Of a DNA stretch of 12,034 bases, positions 6,793-12,034 are shown piece by piece. Made by a program: the position numbers and the translations under genes. The DNA lies in contig JAYWEM010000052.1 in NCBI GenBank assembly GCA_043779265.1, positions 1 to 12,034 of the forward strand, in the 5' to 3' direction. Every line of letters begins with the position of its first letter. Position 1 is the first letter of the stretch. Origin of the DNA: a bacterium. Lineage in GTDB: Bacteria; Eisenbacteria; RBG-16-71-46. The notes under the pieces were generated by a model that saw only the letters and a program-made list of their open reading frames with translations, was not told where the DNA came from and did no database searches.

Positions 6793-7983
6793 ATGCCGAA
6801 GTACCAGATGCACGGAGACGTCCCGGTGTGGGGGGACGTCAACGATCCGCATGCTCTCGAACAGATGCTGCGATGCCGCACCACCGCTGACGGCGGCGCG
6901 ATGATGGCCGACCACCATCTCGGCTACTCGGTCCCGATCGGGGGGGTGGTCGTCTACCGCGACCGCATCTCACCGAGCGGGGTCGGCTACGACATCGGCT
7001 GCGGCAACAAGGCGGTCCGGCTCGACGTGGATGCGGCCGAGGTGCGGCGGAACATCGCCACGCTGATGGACGACATCGCCTCGAACCTGTCGTTCGGCAT
7101 GGGGCGCCGCAATCCGACGCCCGTCGAGCACCCCCTGTTCGAGCCCGAACGAGAGGAGTGGAGCCATCCCGCGATCGCATCGCTGCGCGGCATGGCCGCC
7201 AAGCAGCTCGGCACGATCGGCGGCGGTAACCACTACGTCGACCTGTTCGTCGATGAGCTGGAGCGCGTCTGGGTGGGCGTCCACTTCGGCTCGCGCGGCC
7301 TCGGGCACAAGACGGCCACGTGGTTCCTCGAGAAGAACGGCGCGATCGATGCCATCCACGCCCCGCCACTCGAGCTCGATGTCGCGAGCGAGATGGGCGC
7401 GGGTTACATCGCCTGCATGCGGCTGGCGGGCGAGTACGCCTACGCCGGGCGCGACTGGGTGTGCGCCCAGGTGGCCCGCATGATCGGCGCGGACGTGGTC
7501 GAGGAGGTGCATAACCACCACAACTTCGCCTGGCATGAGGAGCACAAGGGCGAGCGCGTGTGGGTGGTGAGGAAGGGAGCGACGCCGGCGTGGCCCGGGC
7601 AGCGCGGATTCGTCGGGGCCTCGATGGGCGAGAACGCCGTGATCGTCGAGGGCATCGATTCCGAGGAGGCGCGGCTCGCGTACCGATCCACCGTCCACGG
7701 GGCCGGCCGTGCCATGAGCCGAACTGCCGCCAAGGGCCGGGTCGATCGCCGGACGGGCGAGGTACGCCGCCCCGGCCTCGTCTCGCCCGAGATGATGCGC
7801 GAGTGGGTGGAGCGGGCCGGGGTCGAGCTGCGAGGCGGCGACCTCGACGAGGCCCCGCAGGCCTACAAGCGGCTCGATGAGGTTCTCGCCTACCACGAGG
7901 CCAGCGTGCGCGTGATCCACACATTGAAGCCGATCGGGGTGGCGATGGCCGGGAGGGACGTGTTCGACCCGTTCAAGGACTGA
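6793..7983 (+). CDS. rtcB: RtcB family 3'-phosphate/5'-OH RNA ligase
   Basis: GAGGAGG RBS then ATG 6793. Motifs MADHHLGYSVPIGGV, GVGYDIGCG, QLGTIGGGNHY, VHFGSRGLG, HNHHN, RKGATPA, HGAGRAMSR and DEAPQAYK. Confidence 0.97.
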   Translation: MPKYQMHGDVPVWGDVNDPHALEQMLRCRTTADGGAMMADHHLGYSVPIGGVVVYRDRISPSGVGYDIGCGNKAVRLDVDAAEVRRNIATLMDDIASNLSFGMGRRNPTPVEHPLFEPEREEWSHPAIASLRGMAAKQLGTIGGGNHYVDLFVDELERVWVGVHFGSRGLGHKTATWFLEKNGAIDAIHAPPLELDVASEMGAGYIACMRLAGEYAYAGRDWVCAQVARMIGADVVEEVHNHHNFAWHEEHKGERVWVVRKGATPAWPGQRGFVGASMGENAVIVEGIDSEEARLAYRSTVHGAGRAMSRTAAKGRVDRRTGEVRRPGLVSPEMMREWVERAGVELRGGDLDEAPQAYKRLDEVLAYHEASVRVIHTLKPIGVAMAGRDVFDPFKD

Positions 7984-8012
7984 GGGAGCCCGAACAGCCC
8001 GAGAAAAGGTTC

Positions 8013-8042
8013 GAGCCCCGGCAGGGAAACCTGCCGGGGCTC
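8013..8042. terminator. Probable bidirectional intrinsic terminator between rtcB and the convergent tRNA 3' end
   Basis: Perfect 13-bp stem GAGCCCCGGCAGG / CCTGCCGGGGCTC with a GAAA loop. Flanked by AAAAGGTTC on the left and TACTTT on the right. Confidence 0.8.
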
Positions 8043-8047
8043 TACTT

Positions 8048-8102
8048 TGGTAGCGGGGGCTGGATTTGAACCAGCGACCTTCGGGTTATGAGCCCGACGA
8101 GC
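8048..8102 (-). tRNA. 3' 55 nt of initiator tRNA-Met(CAT); incomplete gene, probable attachment (attR-type) site
   Basis: Minus strand reads GCTCG TCGGG CTCATAA CCCGA AGGTC GCTGG TTCAAAT CCAGC CCCCGCT A CCA: CAT anticodon, three G-C pairs in the anticodon stem (initiator signature), intact T arm and CCA. The normal D arm is absent upstream. Confidence 0.9.
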
Positions 8103-8130
8103 ATCGTCTGCACCCAGCATGGAGGCTGGT

Positions 8131-8403
8131 GTGCACAAGAGACCCGCAGGTTTCCGTCTTCTCTCGTTCCAACGTGAGCATCTCCGCGACGCGCGTCACG
8201 ACCGCATCACGTCCGTCGACCCAGCGACGCTGACCGGCCGGGCATTCGCTCGCCCGACCCACCTCGAAGGACCGCAGTACGGCCGCGGCCTGGCGCTGAT
8301 CATCGCGGCGACCGTCGTCGCGCTCCTCGCATGGGCCGCTCTCTCGCCCTCCCTGGACCAGGTGCTGCCGCAGTCGGCAGAGGTCGCGCAGGTGGGGCGA
8401 TGA
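8131..8403 (+). CDS. Hypothetical protein with one C-terminal TM helix
   Basis: GGAGG 8121-8125 then GTG 8131 (in frame with ATG 8119). Hydrophobic stretch LALIIAATVVALLAWAAL. Stop overlaps the next ATG (ATGA). Confidence 0.6.
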   Translation: MHKRPAGFRLLSFQREHLRDARHDRITSVDPATLTGRAFARPTHLEGPQYGRGLALIIAATVVALLAWAALSPSLDQVLPQSAEVAQVGR

Positions 8404-9083
8404 GCGCCACTGTGATTCGGATCGAGCCCGCTCAGGGGCACAGCGTCCACGTCGAAGCGCCGACCCAGCCCCTGTGGACGCCCTCGCTCAACGGAACGAA
8501 GCCGACGCCGTCGGTCGAGGCGCTCACCGGGCTCGTGCGGTGTGGGCAGGCGGCTGAGCGCGCGATTTCGACGCTCCTCGAGATGAAGGTCGAGTACCTC
8601 GATCTGCTCCGGCTCAACGTGAGGAACGCCCAGGCGATGGTGGGGCGCGTTCGGCTGCGGCTCGAGGAGTACGACTCCGAGACGGAGCATCTCTGCGCGG
8701 ACATGGCCAGCAAGGCGCGTGCGGCTCGCGCCCGCCTCGGTGGGGCTCGGCGCGATTTCGACGACGCCCGCGACAGAGGCTCGGAGTACGTGGGTCCCAA
8801 CCTGGAGATCGTCGAGCGCGAGCTCTCCGACGTCGAGACGGTCGACCGCTCTCTGGTGGCCAACCGGCTGCTCAGTCGCGAGGCGACCGAGGACACGTTC
8901 TTCCGTGCCGTGCATGCGGCCGTCCACTGCTCGGAGCGGCTGTGGGAGCTGGTCGAGAGCCAGCTGCTGCCGCTCGAGGCGATCGTGACTGGCGGCAAGC
9001 GCGCGGCCGAGATGATCGAGCACCTCCGGACCGCACCCGGCGTGGAGTCACAGGGAACCGAACCGACGCAGGCCACCCACTGA
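8400..9083 (+). CDS. Hypothetical helical/coiled-coil-like protein
   Basis: ATG 8400 coupled to the upstream stop, preceded by GGTGGGG. 227 aa, rich in E/R/L/A, no recognised motif. Confidence 0.7.
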   Translation: MSATVIRIEPAQGHSVHVEAPTQPLWTPSLNGTKPTPSVEALTGLVRCGQAAERAISTLLEMKVEYLDLLRLNVRNAQAMVGRVRLRLEEYDSETEHLCADMASKARAARARLGGARRDFDDARDRGSEYVGPNLEIVERELSDVETVDRSLVANRLLSREATEDTFFRAVHAAVHCSERLWELVESQLLPLEAIVTGGKRAAEMIEHLRTAPGVESQGTEPTQATH

Positions 9084-9087
9084 TCGA

Positions 9088-9186
9088 GCCGGGGGGCGGC
9101 ACCACGACGGCGCGAAGGCAGCAGCACGCGTGTCCCGCAGACACGGTCGGCTGCGCGCCGAGGTGATGTGCACGTCGCCCCCCGGT
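9088..9186 (+). other. Long nested inverted repeat (candidate structured RNA leader) upstream of the ParB gene
   Basis: 9088-9100 pairs with 9174-9186 (13 bp, 2 G-U). Nested stems 9108-9114/9154-9160, GCAGC/GCTGC and 9129-9134/9140-9145. Confidence 0.55.
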
Positions 9187-9207
9187 CGTGACTTCAAGGA
9201 GGAACCC

Positions 9208-10695
9208 ATGCAGGCGGAACTCATCCCGGTCGCGTCCATCGCGGTTACGAAGGGCAACCCACGGAGCAGGTTCGACAAGGCACTCGACGCCGAGCTGGCG
9301 GCAAGCGTGCGCCAGGTGGGGGTGCTGCAGCCGATTCTGGTGCGACGCACGGACAAGGGCTGGCACGAGCTCGTCTGTGGGCACCGGCGTCTGGCGGCAG
9401 CGCAGGCGGCGGAGCTGGTGGAGATCCCGGCCGTAATCCGCGAGCTGACCGACGAGCAGGTGCTCGAGATCCAGATCATCGAGAACCTGCAGCGCTCCGA
9501 CGTCCACCCGCTCGATGAGGCGGAGGCCTACCGCCAGCTGCACGAGCGCTACAAGCACGACGTCGCGCGCATCGCCGGGAGGGTCGGCCGCTCGGTGGCA
9601 TACGTGTACGACCGCATCCGGCTGACGGCTCTGACGGCCGAGGCCAAGGAGCACTTCCGTGCCGGCCGCATCGAGGCGGGGCACGCGGTGATCCTCGCCC
9701 GGCTCAAGCCGAAGGACCAGGGGCGGGCCATCGACGCCGACAAGGGCGGGCTCTTCCAGGGCGAGTCGCTCCTCTGGGATCCGGACGAGAAGGAGACCGA
9801 GGCGAAGCCCTACCACGGGCTCAAGCACCGCACAGTGCGCGAGCTGCAGGCGTGGGTGGATGAGCATGTGAAGTTTGACGCGACGGCCGCCGAGGTCCCA
9901 CAGCTCTTCCCCGAGACCGCTAGGACACTCGAGGTGGCGAAGGCGGTTGCCGAGAAGGTCGTCCACATCACGCGTGACTACATGGTCCAGCGCGATGCAC
10001 GCGACGGCAACAGGGTGCTCACCGAGCGCTCGTGGATGCGCGCGGACGGCACTGGCAAGCACAAGCGCTGCGACAAGGGCGTGATGGGCGTCCTCGTCAT
10101 CGGCCCGGGCCGCGGCGAAGCCTTCCGCGTCTGCATCGACAAGACGTGCCGAACCCACTGGGCTGCCGAACAGCGCGAAGCCGCCCGGCGGAATGCCGCG
10201 AGGGAGGCAGGCGACGGCGCTGCGGCCTCGGCCCGCTCCGAGGCTGCGAATCGACGCGAGCGGGAGCGGAGGGACAAGCAGGAGCTCGAGGCGAATCGCT
10301 GGAAGAAGGCGACCCCGGCGCTCATCGAGGCGCTCAGGGATGCCCTGGTCAGCGCGGACATCTCGAGCTCTGGCCCCATAGCCGACTCACTCATCGAGGA
10401 TTGCTCGACCTACAGCTTCGGATCCAAGCATGCATCGAAGCTGATGAAGCCGGGCAAGACGGCGGAGGACCTCGTCCGCTACCTGGCGTTCATGTCGCTG
10501 GGCGGCGTGCTCTGCAACTGGGGCGCGGCCGAACACTTCCCCGGGATCGCCAAGAGCCTCGGCCTCGACCACAAGGCCGTGCTCGACCGCGCGGCCCCAC
10601 CGGCGCTCGTCGCGCCGGCGGCGAAGAAGTCGCCCAAGGCCAAGCCCGCGAAGCAACTGAAGAAGGCGAAGCCGCGCCGGAAGGCGGTGGCGTGA
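9208..10695 (+). CDS. ParB/RepB/Spo0J N-terminal domain protein with long C-terminal extension
   Basis: AAGGAGGA RBS, ATG 9208. NPRSRF, LAASVRQVGVLQPILVR, GHRRLAA (GxRR), ENLQRSDVHPLDEAEAY and HTH-like VARIAGRVGRSVAYV. Lys/Ala-rich tail. Confidence 0.9.
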   Translation: MQAELIPVASIAVTKGNPRSRFDKALDAELAASVRQVGVLQPILVRRTDKGWHELVCGHRRLAAAQAAELVEIPAVIRELTDEQVLEIQIIENLQRSDVHPLDEAEAYRQLHERYKHDVARIAGRVGRSVAYVYDRIRLTALTAEAKEHFRAGRIEAGHAVILARLKPKDQGRAIDADKGGLFQGESLLWDPDEKETEAKPYHGLKHRTVRELQAWVDEHVKFDATAAEVPQLFPETARTLEVAKAVAEKVVHITRDYMVQRDARDGNRVLTERSWMRADGTGKHKRCDKGVMGVLVIGPGRGEAFRVCIDKTCRTHWAAEQREAARRNAAREAGDGAAASARSEAANRRERERRDKQELEANRWKKATPALIEALRDALVSADISSSGPIADSLIEDCSTYSFGSKHASKLMKPGKTAEDLVRYLAFMSLGGVLCNWGAAEHFPGIAKSLGLDHKAVLDRAAPPALVAPAAKKSPKAKPAKQLKKAKPRRKAVA

Positions 10696-11186
10696 TGGCG
10701 TACGCGACCACGACCAGCGTGCCGATCGAGCGCACGCGACTGGCGATTGAGGAACTCACGCGCGAGAAGGGCGCAACGCAGTTCATGTCGGCGTTCGACT
10801 ACGGCGACGGCCGCGCGATCATCGGATGGAGCCAGCAGGGTCGGATGGTCCGACTGCAGGTGCCGCTTCCCAAGCCGGACGAGAAGCGGTTCCTCTACCG
10901 TCGAACCGCGCACGGCTGGTCGTACAAGGACCTGTCCAAGGAGAAGCAGCGACTGCTCTGGGAGCAGGCGTGCCGCTCCCGATGGCGTGCGGTCCTCCTC
11001 ATCCTGCTCGCCAAGTTCGAGGCCATCGAGGCCGACATCTCGACGTTCGAGCGGGAGTTCCTCGCGGACACGATGATGGCCGACGGGTCGACCGTCGGGG
11101 AGTGGATCCAGCCCCAGCTCGTGACCATGTACGCGAGTGGTCGCATGCCGGCGCTGCTCCCGGCAGCTGCGGGAGGCTCGCGATGA
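10695..11186 (+). CDS. Phage-type conserved hypothetical protein
   Basis: ATG 10695 overlaps the ParB stop (TGATG). Pattern YA..T.V...R...IE...GA..F...RWRA..L...AK.EA.E..I.TFE.EFLA.....DG.TVG resembles a phage hypothetical family I recall; not verified by search. Confidence 0.8.
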   Translation: MAYATTTSVPIERTRLAIEELTREKGATQFMSAFDYGDGRAIIGWSQQGRMVRLQVPLPKPDEKRFLYRRTAHGWSYKDLSKEKQRLLWEQACRSRWRAVLLILLAKFEAIEADISTFEREFLADTMMADGSTVGEWIQPQLVTMYASGRMPALLPAAAGGSR

Positions 11187-11541
11187 GCCTCCACCACACC
11201 GCGATCGCCGCCGCAGGGACATCTCGCCGTGCGCCATCTGCGGCAAGGGCACCATGCACACCGGTCTGCCGCTCGCGTGGCGGGTCACCGTCGAACGCTT
11301 CGGGTTCGACGCACGGGAGATCGAGCGCCAGCACGGCCTCGAGTTCGTGATCGGCAACCCGCTCCTCGCCCAGTTGATGGGCCCCGACGCCGCTCTCGCC
11401 AGTCGCTTCGACGGCCCGGGGGGTGGCCTCGTGTGCGAGGAGTGCTTCATGAAGCCGTACGCACTCGCACAGCTGTTCGACTCGATGGCCTCGCGCGGGG
11501 TGGAACCGAAGGAGGACGCGGATGGCCCGCCCCCGTCCTAG
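11183..11541 (+). pseudogene. Zn-ribbon-like (CxxC...CxxC) phage hypothetical, apparently frameshifted near its start
   Basis: GGAGG RBS and ATGA-coupled start at 11183 lie in a different frame from the protein-like body (SPCAICGKG...VCEEC, stop 11541). The only upstream in-frame start is a GTG at 11137 with no RBS. Confidence 0.55.
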
Positions 11542-11566
11542 GCAGGAGACACGCTACCAGCAGCGC

Positions 11567-12034
11567 ATGCGCTCGCGCCGACTCACGCGGGCCCGCACTC
11601 GCGAGCTCGAGCGACTCGAGTCCCAACCTGGCCCCGGGGTATTGCTGCTCATGCTGGCGGTGATGGCTCTGCTCGTGGGGACGCTCCTCTTCAACTCCTG
11701 CAAGGCGGACGCTGCCGTGCGCGTGCCGCTCGAGTGGTCGGCTCTTGATGGAGTGGAGCGCTACGAGGCGATCGCGCGCCGACCCGACGGCGTCTTCCTC
11801 TCGTTGAACCTCTGGGCGGACAGCACCGGGTCGGCCGTCCCGACCCTGTCGGCTCCCGGTGCCCCCCAGAGGGCGTGGGCCCTGGTCTCGGAGGACTGGC
11901 GAGCGGGCGCGTGGATGGTCCTCGTGCGCGCATGCAACTCCGCGGGCTGCGGCGGCTGGTCCAACGCGGTCGTGGTCACCGCCGGCATGCCCGACACGCT
12001 CTGGTACCTCGAGCGCGGAGGGCAGCCGCTCACG
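11567..12034 (+). CDS. Exported or membrane-anchored protein with fibronectin type III-like domain, 3'-truncated
   Basis: Frame is open from ATG 11567 to the window end (156 codons) and is absent from the ORF track. Hydrophobic VLLLMLAVMALLVGTLLFNSC, then LEWSALDGVERYE and VRACNSAGCGGWSN, matching FN3 strand patterns. Confidence 0.75.
   Translation, partial: MRSRRLTRARTRELERLESQPGPGVLLLMLAVMALLVGTLLFNSCKADAAVRVPLEWSALDGVERYEAIARRPDGVFLSLNLWADSTGSAVPTLSAPGAPQRAWALVSEDWRAGAWMVLVRACNSAGCGGWSNAVVVTAGMPDTLWYLERGGQPLT

Larger units (their letters stand above)
8048..12034. mobile_element. One end of a prophage or integrative element inserted at tRNA-fMet; continues beyond the window
   Basis: tRNA 3' fragment at the boundary, abrupt switch from housekeeping genes to short coupled hypotheticals (ATGA/TGATG overlaps), ParB without a visible ParA, and phage-like proteins. 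No integrase or structural gene is visible here. Confidence 0.8.

Noticed and set aside
19..7924. Many long overlapping or antisense ORFs (e.g. 537-1430 -, 2677-3972 +, 3722-4975 -, 4719-5972 -, 6839-7924 -)
   Set aside because: Shadow frames of well-supported genes in high-GC DNA; Arg/Pro/Gly-rich, no motifs, no RBS.
7987..8097. AGCCCGA repeated three times near the att site as integrase arm sites
   Set aside because: Only 7 nt, GC-rich, and on the host side or within the tRNA core rather than on the element arm.
8048..8124. Intact functional tRNA-fMet gene
   Set aside because: The D stem cannot pair, the conserved D-loop GG is missing, and the acceptor stem has an internal mismatch.
9108..9125. 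SRP RNA-like GAAGGCAGCAGC in the structured region
   Set aside because: Lacks the conserved SRP helix-8 context (CAGG...GNRA...AGCAG symmetric loop); resemblance is superficial.
1495..10694. Longer ORF-track starts (1495, 2235, 4752, 5848, 6345, 6592, 8331, 9130, 10032)
   Set aside because: Downstream starts have clearer RBSs or stop-start coupling and avoid long overlaps; the extensions look non-protein-like.
8196..11450. Long minus-strand ORFs in the element (8196-9023, 8872-10158, 10479-11450) as a hidden integrase
   Set aside because: No tyrosine-recombinase (R...HxxR...Y) or serine-recombinase motifs. They are antisense to coupled + strand genes with good RBSs.
11597..11622. Cluster of CTCGAG-type palindromes
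   Set aside because: Explained by Leu-Glu codons (CTC GAG) in the open frame; the hexamer is frequent throughout the window.
1..12034. CRISPR array, IS element or rRNA
   Set aside because: No regularly spaced repeats, transposase motifs, terminal inverted repeats or rRNA-like sequence seen.

Overview
GC-rich bacterial DNA in two parts. Left (1-7983, + strand, host chromosome): an aerobic respiration cluster with heme A synthase (5'-truncated), heme O synthase, a lipoprotein-type diheme cytochrome c4, a 38-aa membrane peptide, heme-copper oxidase subunits II, I, III, IV and a second III, and a small CxxC membrane protein, followed by a stand-alone RtcB RNA ligase. The oxidase has an A1-type active site (GHPEVY), but by my manual alignment the whole canonical K-proton channel is replaced and new intramembrane acidic residues appear in subunits I and II. 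This is the most striking signal in the window. At 8013-8102 a strong hairpin is followed by the 3' 55 nt of an initiator tRNA-Met on the - strand, which looks like a displaced attachment site. Right (8103-12034): a phage/ICE-like run of coupled + strand genes (hypotheticals, a ParB-domain protein behind a long structured leader, a Zn-ribbon gene with an apparent frameshift, and an FN3-like exported protein missed by the ORF track). No integrase lies in the window. All calls come from reading motifs by eye; no searches were run.
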